From the IMG/VR virus record IMGVR_UViG_2687453424_000001: a stretch of DNA of 64,000 nucleotides; one strand, written 5' to 3'. Shown here piece after piece: positions 1-10,943 of this stretch. A program made the position numbers and the translations under genes. The notes under the pieces were generated by a model. It was not told the DNA's origin. It did not search any database and saw only the letters and a list, made by a program, of their open reading frames with translations. Each line of letters opens with the position of its first letter. Position 1 is the stretch's first letter. This DNA comes from a virus. Taxonomy: Duplodnaviria; Heunggongvirae; Uroviricota; Caudoviricetes.

Positions 1-576
1 AGACCATCGAAAGAGTTAGGTTTTAATTCGTACGGATTCGAAATTGATTTACGTATGTTTACGTCTAAATTCGTTATTTTTTAGTATAAATATATTATAT
101 ATACATATTTATCATGAAATCAAATATCGGTATATATCTCTTGATTGTATTGAATTTTATCCACGTGGAGCTGTCGTTAACGTTTTAAAATATCCAAGGC
201 AACTAATCTGGATGGTATTTAATTTGTTTAAAAATTGACATCCCCAATTTCGAAGAAAGAGCGATGTTGTCGCCTGTTGTACTGCCCCAATGGTGGTTCA
301 CATTGTCATTATTATATGCTAATGGACATCTTGGGTTGGTTGTTTTCGATATACTACTTTAAGCAAAAGCTGTATATAGCCCATGTGATGGAAATTCATA
401 TAAAGAAAATTAATAGGTGTGAGGGAAAACATGGAACTCATTGCAGCTTCATTTTCCAACTAAATTCAAACCAAACCAAACCACAATTATTCAGTCCAAA
501 TTATCAAGTGGGGGCAGCATTTTTCTTGGTATCTTCTCGTGGCAATTCATTGTCTGCCTAACTTGAAAAATCTGAA

Positions 577-600
577 AAAGAAAGAAAGAAAGAAAGAAAG
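577..600. repeat. (GAAA)n microsatellite
   Basis: Direct reading: agaaagaaagaaagaaagaaag run. Confidence 0.9.
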
Positions 601-1489
601 ACGTTTAGCTGTCTTTATTCAATCCAAATCTTAAACCCAGGAAGAAGCAGCTAGCTTACTAGCTTTATGCATGTGCAAGAGACTGCATGCTTCTTGAGTG
701 TACTCGTATACTAAAGGAATAGAGAGAAAGAATTGTAGGGTGAGAAGTTGGTGAAATGTTCTAATCATATACGTAATTATCAATTTGTTTCTTAGATTAG
801 TCCAGGCAACTACTCCAATTTTACATGCCAAGGCGATTTTTCTTTAAAAAAGACAATGGGATATTTATCTATATTATGATTCTAGAAAGGAAAGAATTTA
901 TTACAAGAACTATAAATTAAGGAATAGATCTCATATAAACAAAGATATTATAAAAATGTAAAGAAATTCTTTCTGTTCATCTGCGATTGAGATTGTCTCT
1001 TTAAAAATGTATTTGAGAGATAAGTCAAAAATTCTGTTATTGTAACTTTTAATATGATTAGGGATTTTGCAAACATTTTTAATATAAAGAAATAAGAGGT
1101 GACAATTATCTCACTAGGTTGGTCATTTGATAGATTCTATTAATTTATAACACAAGTGAGCAAAGGCAGCCATCACAGATTGGTTTTCTGCTACCAAAAT
1201 TGACACAGACAACAAGTTTTATCCACATCCACTTTATCACTTAGGCTCCTTTTGACTCAGGCAACAATTTTGAATAAAAGGGCATCAAGAATTTATAATA
1301 TGATATGACACAAATTAATATTGCTTCTTGAAATGCTTGCATACAGTAATCTTTTCACATGATCATGTAAAGCTTCAAATTAGCTGATTATAGTACTTTC
1401 AGAAGCTCTATATTTAGGTTGGAGAGGCTTGGGAGTATTATTTAAATGTAAGCGATTGGTACACATCACACAAGTACTATGTATGGAGA

Positions 1490-1738
1490 CTATCTATTGG
1501 ATTTCAAGGATTCAACTTGCGCTTTGCCACATGGACCCTTGGTCCTGATGTAAAGTCTGTACTCATCAAACGTCATGGGATTATACAGAGCCGGCCGGTC
1601 CTTACTCACTAGCTCCTTGGCTGGTTCGATGAGTAAATCACTCTTTGGGTTGTAGAAGAAAGCTAGGGAGACTCGATCTTTTGCTGAATTCACGATTACC
1701 CTGTGTTCAACACTCTTGTAAATTCCATTGCTCAGCAC
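1490..1738 (-). CDS. 2-oxoglutarate/Fe(II)-dependent dioxygenase, JOX/JRG21-like; exon 3 of 3 (includes stop)
   Basis: Minus-strand translation VLSNGIYKSVEHRVIVNSAKDRVSLAFFYNPKSD...MTFDEYRLYIRTKGPCGKAQVESLKSNR*. Contains the distal His (VEHRV) and the RxS 2OG-binding motif (DRVSLAFF). Acceptor AG at 1739-1740 (minus) and phase are consistent with exon 2. TAG stop at 1490-1492. Confidence 0.85.
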   Translation of the reverse strand: MLSNGIYKSVEHRVIVNSAKDRVSLAFFYNPKSDLLIEPAKELVSKDRPALYNPMTFDEYRLYIRTKGPCGKAQVESLKSNR

Positions 1739-1849
1739 CTGAACGTGTTTCATGAAACCTATGATCAGCTTTCTTTTGCTCTTGAAACATGGGGCAATAA
1801 TAATACAGAAGAAATTGGAGTGACAATCCTAGAGAGAAAGATCAGAAAC

Positions 1850-2180
1850 CTGAAGCTGGTCTCCAACGTTGACAATGAAAGCATTAGGAACAGGCTTCAC
1901 GGTGATCCACTTGCCATTCTTACAAACTTGGAGTCCAGCTACGTCGTGATCAGGCAGGAGAATGGTCATGGCACCAGGGTCTGAGTGTGAGGAAAGACCT
2001 AGGGTAAGGTCAGGCTGAGGACACTTTGGATAGAAGTTGACCCTTAAACAGGCACCGATGTCTTCTCCACCGAAGGCTTTCTGCAGGTAATCTTCTGGCA
2101 GTCCAAGATTTGTTGACATCGCCTTCAGCAGCCTTCCACACAGTTTTACAACTTCAGCACCATATTCTGCTACCAGTTCC
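1850..2180 (-). CDS. 2-oxoglutarate/Fe(II)-dependent dioxygenase, JOX/JRG21-like; exon 2 of 3
   Basis: Translation (R)ELVAEYGAEVVKLCGRLLKAMSTNLGLPEDYLQKAFGGEDIGACLRVNFYPKCPQPDLTLGLSSHSDPGAMTILLPDHDVAGLQV...VNVGDQLQ with the HxD iron-binding motif (HSD). Acceptor ...tggatgcag|GGAACTGG and donor CAG|gtttct read directly. Exon lengths 503+331+249 = 1083 nt, in frame. Confidence 0.85.
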
Positions 2181-2898
2181 CTGCATCCAGATGTGAACAG
2201 CTAATGATTAGTAAATTCTGCTACCAGTTCCCTGCATGTTTAAGGTTAAAGCTCTCTCCATTCGTACATGTTACATAAAACAGTAGAAAACAAATACCCT
2301 TTTCATTTTCAACAAAGTTGGGTCTACTATTTTGGTCGGGGATTAATATTTTAACCTGAATTTCTTTCTTTTTCCTTCCTTTTTCTGTTGTGAATTGTAA
2401 GCAAACTTGAAAACGACCAACACTCCTTTGCATGTGAAGTTGCAACTAATTAACTTTTGGTAAGGTTAGGAAAGATTCGAGGGTCAAAACCATCTCCATT
2501 GGATCGATGCAGGCCGTGCGATTTGGATATGGATTTGCTTTTTAATCATTCCATTTTGACTTCATGAAATCGTTTCCCTACCCTTAGAATTTTTGTCTTC
2601 TTTAATTATTGCCTTCAAAAGAGGAGATCAAAGTTGATCAATTAACCTCAGTCAATATGGGGGTGTTTATATCGTGAGACATCAGTTGCAACCCGGGCCA
2701 AATCTAAGATTATTGGTCAGTTGACCGAATCCCACTGTCCTAGTTTTTGTTCTCTTGGCAGATGTAAGAAAAGAGAAAGAATCTCTTTTCGTGCAGAGAG
2801 ACAGGAACAAAAAGAAAACATCAACGTAAATAAAACATCATGGTATCACGTTTTGTAAAAAGATAAAATAAACAATGAGGCAGGCAGGGGGTGCAGAC

Positions 2899-3401
2899 CT
2901 GCAAGATGACGGTTGTGCAGGCCACTTGCTTTGATTCCTCGACGAAACCGGCATGAAGTGAAGAAAAAAGTAATCGCTCCAATCCAGAATCGCTCCTTTC
3001 TCTACTCCCAAGCGACTGCCGTACCCTTCATAGGTACTTGGCTCGTTGGCATACCCTTGCTTCACTTCAAGCGGCAGGCTGAAGAATCGACGCCACACCT
3101 CTCGGATGCGCCTCATCAGCTCGTGGCTAACCCCATGGTTCACCGCCTGGAAGAAACCCCAGTCCCGGCACGTGCTGGAGATGCATCTCAAGGTCTCCTC
3201 CCGCAGGGCTAGGTCTTTCCCGAACAGGTTCTGGAGATCAACGACAGGAATGTCAACATGTTCTTCGATTTTGGAACATGTTTTCAGGCCAGGCCTGTCG
3301 GTTAGCGGCTTGATGTATCGCTCTGGAATGGCACGTATCCCACTGTCAGACAGAGACTGAACTCGAACCACCGGCTCAGGCCAACTCTGGAGACAATTCA
3401 T
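2899..3401 (-). CDS. 2-oxoglutarate/Fe(II)-dependent dioxygenase, JOX/JRG21-like; exon 1 of 3 (start codon at 3399-3401)
   Basis: Translation MNCLQSWPEPVVRVQSLSDSGIRAIPERYIKPLTDRP...IPVVDL...CRDWGFFQAVNHGVSHELM...YEGYGSRLGVEKGAILDWSDYFFLHF...KWPAQPSSC(R). This is the typical DIOX_N region and matches the Arabidopsis JOX/JRG21 (At3g55970 / At5g05600) N-terminus as I recall it. There is an in-frame TAG upstream of the ATG. Donor tcttgcag|gtctgc at 2898/2899. Confidence 0.85.
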
Positions 3402-3521
3402 TCTCTTCTTCTGTTTATATAATTTCAGGGTTTTCTTTCTTGAACAACCCAGACCCTAAAAACAAACGAAAAACCAGAAAAGGAGAAGGATAGAGAGTGT
3501 TAGAAGAAAGCAGAGCTTGTC

Positions 3522-3535
3522 TGCTTATATAGCTT
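3522..3535 (-). promoter_or_regulatory. candidate TATA box for the dioxygenase gene
   Basis: Minus-strand gctatataagcag lies about 125 bp upstream of the ATG at 3401. Position-based inference only. Confidence 0.3.
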
Positions 3536-3850
3536 CGCTGATGGTGAAAAGAAGAGAGGGACTGAAGGGGTTTATATAAGGATTGGAGGGAAACAATTTC
3601 GGCGCCGTGATGGAGTTGATTAGCTCATTACCGTAAATAAAAAGTAGGAAAGCAAGTACATGTGCTGAATATTCAGTGAAGAAAAGTGAATGGAAAGAAA
3701 CAAGATAGCTTAGAATTTGATTTATCTTTCAAGAAAATCATTAAGCAGCAGGCACAAGGCTAGTGGCTGATACAGAGATGGAATGTGTTGGAAAGATGGA
3801 GAAGTAGGCTTATAGATTAATAGAGCAGTGGACTTGTGCTGGAACAAAAC

Positions 3851-3874
3851 AGAGAGAGAGAGAGAGAGAGAGAG
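3851..3874. repeat. (GA)n microsatellite
   Basis: Direct reading: agagagagagagagagagagagag. A second shorter (GA)n lies at about 4083-4100. Confidence 0.9.
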
Positions 3875-5812
3875 CGAATGATTTTTGCTTTTTTGACTCT
3901 GCCGAGTGGGCAGCAAACAAAATTAGGGCAGGTTCCTATTTTATTTCTTGCACGTGTGTTTTATGAGAAAGACAGCAACTCTCTCTCATGTCTTTGGCCA
4001 ACTGTAATTGTCAAATGTGTACGTGGCAATCCTAGATAGTGCGGCAATGGTCCATGTACTTTGTAGGCAAAAAAACAAAAAAAGAAGAGAGAGAGAGAGA
4101 AAAATACTTTTCCTGGTGGAGTTTGGGGGATTTGGAACTTGGATTTTGGAATTTCTTTTCCTTTTATTGGAAGGAAATCAAGGACTTGAGATGGAAAAAG
4201 AAATCCACTCACCAACTTGGTATTTGAGGCACAATTTCATTAAGTAATGTAATTACCTAATGAGCTCTACACAACAAGTCCATTATTGATTTTGGTTTCT
4301 TTGTGATTCACATTTATGGTTGATAGAATAAACATGATAAAAAGGTTAAAATTCGTCATTATTTTTTGATAAAATTAAAAATGTAATAATCATTACAGGA
4401 AAATATCATATTAAATAAATCGAGTTTAATTTTTAAAAAAGTCATATACATATTTATTATTGAACCAAATATCTTAATTTGGACATAACATTTACTGTAC
4501 GTATGCAATGAAGTCAATTAAGTTTACTTCAATCAATCAATCAATCAATTGAAAAGAAAAAGAGAGAACCAAGAGTTTATATAAGAAAGTACTGGAAATC
4601 TCAATTATAAAAATAGGTTTCTCTTGCATTTTTCATATGATACATCATATGGTCCCAATGTTCATCCTTAACATTATTGATTAGTGATTAAAACCGAAAG
4701 CAAAGCAAGTTCAAATCAATGCCAGAAAAGACAATCAAATCAATTGGAAAATGGCTGGCAAGCTTTCCTTTCATTGAATTATTTTTATTTCCCTTAAGAT
4801 TTCAATGACATAAAACGTGGGTTTTGGCCATGCCGCAGCTTTGATCACGATTTGGCAGAACATGAATCTTGCGTGATGGTTCTGTGAAAACTAATCAATA
4901 ATGAGTTTCAAAAAGTCTGCGCCCCAAAAAATCCAAAGCCTTTGGATAACTATGCCGACATGCAAAGGAAACCAATAAAAAAAAAAAAGAAACATCATGA
5001 TTAATTAATTCTCTCTTAACTTACTTTACATATGCACATGAAGTTCATAAGAGAAACATACATATCCTTGTCAGACCACTGCTGGCCAAACCGACATTAT
5101 GTATATCCTAAATTCATTGTTTGGTCGACTTGTTCTTGGCCACAGAATTCATCTGATATCCTCTTCAACCTGTCTAGTCTAGTTCTTTTTTCTGTCCTTT
5201 TCTTCTTCGTAGAGTGAAAAATCAATCGACATTGGAATCTTCATCAATAGAGAATTCCTAATAAAAAATATCTCGGGATATATAGTGTTATTCATTACTG
5301 ATGTATAATTTAATAAAAAAAATTTATTAATAAAAATATAACGTCAAATCAAATGAGTCGGTGTTAAAATTTTTAGACAAAAATTTCCTTCAAAAATATG
5401 TAAGCGAAGGGGAATCCTCTATAAATGTTGGAAGGTGGCATGAAGAATTAGTTCGGATGCTTTCCTTCTTCTAAATCTTATCCAATTGTTGAAAGGAATA
5501 ATAATTACAATAATAATAAGAAGAAAAATAAAGTCTAATGGGTTTTGAAAGATGGGAATACATTATACATGTACCTTTCCCTCTCCTGGTCCTTTAACCT
5601 AAGGCAAAGTGGGCAAGGCTGTAGATTCCATATTCCTCCCTCCTTCCTTCACTTCAAAAGTAAACTTATAACACCTAAAAGAAACCTTGTTGGCTTATTG
5701 GTATTCTCTTTTGCATTTGCTTGATCAATTTGAATTTTGCTATTAAAAGGTAAATTACATTCAATGAACAAGTATTACCTTTTAGAAATACCCGAAAATG
5801 AAATCGTTTTTT

Positions 5813-8800
5813 NNNNNNNNNNNNNNNNNNNNNNNNNNNNNNNNNNNNNNNNNNNNNNNNNNNNNNNNNNNNNNNNNNNNNNNNNNNNNNNNNNNNNNNN
5901 NNNNNNNNNNNNNNNNNNNNNNNNNNNNNNNNNNNNNNNNNNNNNNNNNNNNNNNNNNNNNNNNNNNNNNNNNNNNNNNNNNNNNNNNNNNNNNNNNNNN
6001 NNNNNNNNNNNNNNNNNNNNNNNNNNNNNNNNNNNNNNNNNNNNNNNNNNNNNNNNNNNNNNNNNNNNNNNNNNNNNNNNNNNNNNNNNNNNNNNNNNNN
6101 NNNNNNNNNNNNNNNNNNNNNNNNNNNNNNNNNNNNNNNNNNNNNNNNNNNNNNNNNNNNNNNNNNNNNNNNNNNNNNNNNNNNNNNNNNNNNNNNNNNN
6201 NNNNNNNNNNNNNNNNNNNNNNNNNNNNNNNNNNNNNNNNNNNNNNNNNNNNNNNNNNNNNNNNNNNNNNNNNNNNNNNNNNNNNNNNNNNNNNNNNNNN
6301 NNNNNNNNNNNNNNNNNNNNNNNNNNNNNNNNNNNNNNNNNNNNNNNNNNNNNNNNNNNNNNNNNNNNNNNNNNNNNNNNNNNNNNNNNNNNNNNNNNNN
6401 NNNNNNNNNNNNNNNNNNNNNNNNNNNNNNNNNNNNNNNNNNNNNNNNNNNNNNNNNNNNNNNNNNNNNNNNNNNNNNNNNNNNNNNNNNNNNNNNNNNN
6501 NNNNNNNNNNNNNNNNNNNNNNNNNNNNNNNNNNNNNNNNNNNNNNNNNNNNNNNNNNNNNNNNNNNNNNNNNNNNNNNNNNNNNNNNNNNNNNNNNNNN
6601 NNNNNNNNNNNNNNNNNNNNNNNNNNNNNNNNNNNNNNNNNNNNNNNNNNNNNNNNNNNNNNNNNNNNNNNNNNNNNNNNNNNNNNNNNNNNNNNNNNNN
6701 NNNNNNNNNNNNNNNNNNNNNNNNNNNNNNNNNNNNNNNNNNNNNNNNNNNNNNNNNNNNNNNNNNNNNNNNNNNNNNNNNNNNNNNNNNNNNNNNNNNN
6801 NNNNNNNNNNNNNNNNNNNNNNNNNNNNNNNNNNNNNNNNNNNNNNNNNNNNNNNNNNNNNNNNNNNNNNNNNNNNNNNNNNNNNNNNNNNNNNNNNNNN
6901 NNNNNNNNNNNNNNNNNNNNNNNNNNNNNNNNNNNNNNNNNNNNNNNNNNNNNNNNNNNNNNNNNNNNNNNNNNNNNNNNNNNNNNNNNNNNNNNNNNNN
7001 NNNNNNNNNNNNNNNNNNNNNNNNNNNNNNNNNNNNNNNNNNNNNNNNNNNNNNNNNNNNNNNNNNNNNNNNNNNNNNNNNNNNNNNNNNNNNNNNNNNN
7101 NNNNNNNNNNNNNNNNNNNNNNNNNNNNNNNNNNNNNNNNNNNNNNNNNNNNNNNNNNNNNNNNNNNNNNNNNNNNNNNNNNNNNNNNNNNNNNNNNNNN
7201 NNNNNNNNNNNNNNNNNNNNNNNNNNNNNNNNNNNNNNNNNNNNNNNNNNNNNNNNNNNNNNNNNNNNNNNNNNNNNNNNNNNNNNNNNNNNNNNNNNNN
7301 NNNNNNNNNNNNNNNNNNNNNNNNNNNNNNNNNNNNNNNNNNNNNNNNNNNNNNNNNNNNNNNNNNNNNNNNNNNNNNNNNNNNNNNNNNNNNNNNNNNN
7401 NNNNNNNNNNNNNNNNNNNNNNNNNNNNNNNNNNNNNNNNNNNNNNNNNNNNNNNNNNNNNNNNNNNNNNNNNNNNNNNNNNNNNNNNNNNNNNNNNNNN
7501 NNNNNNNNNNNNNNNNNNNNNNNNNNNNNNNNNNNNNNNNNNNNNNNNNNNNNNNNNNNNNNNNNNNNNNNNNNNNNNNNNNNNNNNNNNNNNNNNNNNN
7601 NNNNNNNNNNNNNNNNNNNNNNNNNNNNNNNNNNNNNNNNNNNNNNNNNNNNNNNNNNNNNNNNNNNNNNNNNNNNNNNNNNNNNNNNNNNNNNNNNNNN
7701 NNNNNNNNNNNNNNNNNNNNNNNNNNNNNNNNNNNNNNNNNNNNNNNNNNNNNNNNNNNNNNNNNNNNNNNNNNNNNNNNNNNNNNNNNNNNNNNNNNNN
7801 NNNNNNNNNNNNNNNNNNNNNNNNNNNNNNNNNNNNNNNNNNNNNNNNNNNNNNNNNNNNNNNNNNNNNNNNNNNNNNNNNNNNNNNNNNNNNNNNNNNN
7901 NNNNNNNNNNNNNNNNNNNNNNNNNNNNNNNNNNNNNNNNNNNNNNNNNNNNNNNNNNNNNNNNNNNNNNNNNNNNNNNNNNNNNNNNNNNNNNNNNNNN
8001 NNNNNNNNNNNNNNNNNNNNNNNNNNNNNNNNNNNNNNNNNNNNNNNNNNNNNNNNNNNNNNNNNNNNNNNNNNNNNNNNNNNNNNNNNNNNNNNNNNNN
8101 NNNNNNNNNNNNNNNNNNNNNNNNNNNNNNNNNNNNNNNNNNNNNNNNNNNNNNNNNNNNNNNNNNNNNNNNNNNNNNNNNNNNNNNNNNNNNNNNNNNN
8201 NNNNNNNNNNNNNNNNNNNNNNNNNNNNNNNNNNNNNNNNNNNNNNNNNNNNNNNNNNNNNNNNNNNNNNNNNNNNNNNNNNNNNNNNNNNNNNNNNNNN
8301 NNNNNNNNNNNNNNNNNNNNNNNNNNNNNNNNNNNNNNNNNNNNNNNNNNNNNNNNNNNNNNNNNNNNNNNNNNNNNNNNNNNNNNNNNNNNNNNNNNNN
8401 NNNNNNNNNNNNNNNNNNNNNNNNNNNNNNNNNNNNNNNNNNNNNNNNNNNNNNNNNNNNNNNNNNNNNNNNNNNNNNNNNNNNNNNNNNNNNNNNNNNN
8501 NNNNNNNNNNNNNNNNNNNNNNNNNNNNNNNNNNNNNNNNNNNNNNNNNNNNNNNNNNNNNNNNNNNNNNNNNNNNNNNNNNNNNNNNNNNNNNNNNNNN
8601 NNNNNNNNNNNNNNNNNNNNNNNNNNNNNNNNNNNNNNNNNNNNNNNNNNNNNNNNNNNNNNNNNNNNNNNNNNNNNNNNNNNNNNNNNNNNNNNNNNNN
8701 NNNNNNNNNNNNNNNNNNNNNNNNNNNNNNNNNNNNNNNNNNNNNNNNNNNNNNNNNNNNNNNNNNNNNNNNNNNNNNNNNNNNNNNNNNNNNNNNNNNN

Positions 8801-10181
8801 NNNNNNNNNNNNNNNNNNNNNNNNNNNNNNNNNNNNNNNNNNNNNNNNNNNNNNNNNNNNNNNNNNNNNNNNNNNNNNNNNNNNNNNNNNNNNNNNNNNN
8901 NNNNNNNNNNNNNNNNNNNNNNNNNNNNNNNNNNNNNNNNNNNNNNNNNNNNNNNNNNNNNNNNNNNNNNNNNNNNNNNNNNNNNNNNNNNNNNNNNNNN
9001 NNNNNNNNNNNNNNNNNNNNNNNNNNNNNNNNNNNNNNNNNNNNNNNNNNNNNNNNNNNNNNNNNNNNNNNNNNNNNNNNNNNNNNNNNNNNNNNNNNNN
9101 NNNNNNNNNNNNNNNNNNNNNNNNNNNNNNNNNNNNNNNNNNNNNNNNNNNNNNNNNNNNNNNNNNNNNNNNNNNNNNNNNNNNNNNNNNNNNNNNNNNN
9201 NNNNNNNNNNNNNNNNNNNNNNNNNNNNNNNNNNNNNNNNNNNNNNNNNNNNNNNNNNNNNNNNNNNNNNNNNNNNNNNNNNNNNNNNNNNNNNNNNNNN
9301 NNNNNNNNNNNNNNNNNNNNNNNNNNNNNNNNNNNNNNNNNNNNNNNNNNNNNNNNNNNNNNNNNNNNNNNNNNNNNNNNNNNNNNNNNNNNNNNNNNNN
9401 NNNNNNNNNNNNNNNNNNNNNNNNNNNNNNNNNNNNNNNNNNNNNNNNNNNNNNNNNNNNNNNNNNNNNNNNNNNNNNNNNNNNNNNNNNNNNNNNNNNN
9501 NNNNNNNNNNNNNNNNNNNNNNNNNNNNNNNNNNNNNNNNNNNNNNNNNNNNNNNNNNNNNNNNNNNNNNNNNNNNNNNNNNNNNNNNNNNNNNNNNNNN
9601 NNNNNNNNNNNNNNNNNNNNNNNNNNNNNNNNNNNNNNNNNNNNNNNNNNNNNNNNNNNNNNNNNNNNNNNNNNNNNNNNNNNNNNNNNNNNNNNNNNNN
9701 NNNNNNNNNNNNNNNNNNNNNNNNNNNNNNNNNNNNNNNNNNNNNNNNNNNNNNNNNNNNNNNNNNNNNNNNNNNNNNNNNNNNNNNNNNNNNNNNNNNN
9801 NNNNNNNNNNNNNNNNNNNNNNNNNNNNNNNNNNNNNNNNNNNNNNNNNNNNNNNNNNNNNNNNNNNNNNNNNNNNNNNNNNNNNNNNNNNNNNNNNNNN
9901 NNNNNNNNNNNNNNNNNNNNNNNNNNNNNNNNNNNNNNNNNNNNNNNNNNNNNNNNNNNNNNNNNNNNNNNNNNNNNNNNNNNNNNNNNNNNNNNNNNNN
10001 NNNNNNNNNNNNNNNNNNNNNNNNNNNNNNNNNNNNNNNNNNNNNNNNNNNNNNNNNNNNNNNNNNNNNNNNNNNNNNNNNNNNNNNNNNNNNNNNNNNN
10101 NNNNNNNNNNNNNNNNNNNNNNNNNNNNNNNNNNNNNNNNNNNNNNNNNNNNNNNNNNNNNNNNNNNNNNNNNNNNNNNNN
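5813..10181. other. assembly gap (N run, 4369 bp)
   Basis: Uninterrupted N. Confidence 1.
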
Positions 10182-10527
10182 TTTTTCATTGACTTTAAAA
10201 AAAAAAAACAACCAAATTTTATAGTATCACAAAGGCCAACACATGTCTTCTTCTATAAAGCGGTTGTGGTGGCCATATACTTATTTATTGCTTAATAGGT
10301 CCATGCATCTCATTTGATATGGATGGGTCACCTGACGTGAAAAACATTCATTTTTGGTGTAGCTTTAGGCCGACATGATCTGCACCCTTATTTATTAATT
10401 CTTTTTAATCACTTAAAAGTTTTGATTCCATGATTTTTCATTTTCCAAATTTCCATTTTTACGTAAAAGATCATGAATTAGAAATCATCTTTTGTTACAG
10501 AATCAATGTATCCTAACGATTGTTCAA

Positions 10528-10905
10528 GAAAAAAATTAGGTCAAAATACCTAAAAAGTCCCTATATTCATGTATTTTGTTCAATTTAATCCATGTACTCA
10601 AAATCGTAACATTTTTATCCTTTAATTTTGAAAATTGTTTCAATTTAGTCCCTCCTTCTAACTACATCTAATTTTACCTTTTAAATTAAAAGATGACATC
10701 AATAATGACATCAACGCTGACGTGACATATTTTGATGACGTGGTACCTTCACGATGACGTGGCATGACACGTGATACCGACATGATGACTGGGCAGTGCC
10801 ATCATTGGAACTAAATTTTGTGCTACGTCATAAGAATTAAATTGAATAAAAATATATAGTATAGAGACTAAATTGAACATAAATGAAATGTTGAGGGACT
10901 AAATT
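10528..10905. repeat. left arm of gap-spanning inverted repeat (TIR-like)
   Basis: The reverse complement of 14444-14819 aligns along this arm, e.g. ...gttgagggactaaatt here versus aatttagtccctcaac at 14444, and ttaggtcaaaatacctaaaaagtccc here versus gacttttcaagtattttgactaa near 14800. I estimate 75-80% identity by eye. Confidence 0.8.
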
Positions 10906-10943
10906 AAAAAATATTTAAAAAATAGTAAATCTTTAAGTAGATG

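Noticed and set aside
2913-3360. Plus-strand ORFs (99 and 104 aa) overlapping dioxygenase exon 1.
   Set aside because: They are antisense to a well-supported minus-strand coding exon with strong homology and have no recognisable domain; they are typical shadow ORFs.
5675-10224. Very long six-frame ORFs (1,100-1,760 aa) composed almost entirely of 'X', here and at 10941-14450, 17677-22618, 32488-37326, 38358-39600, 40933-45723 and 57205-62394.
   Set aside because: They are translations of N runs (assembly gaps). They have no stop codons only because N cannot encode one, so they are not genes.
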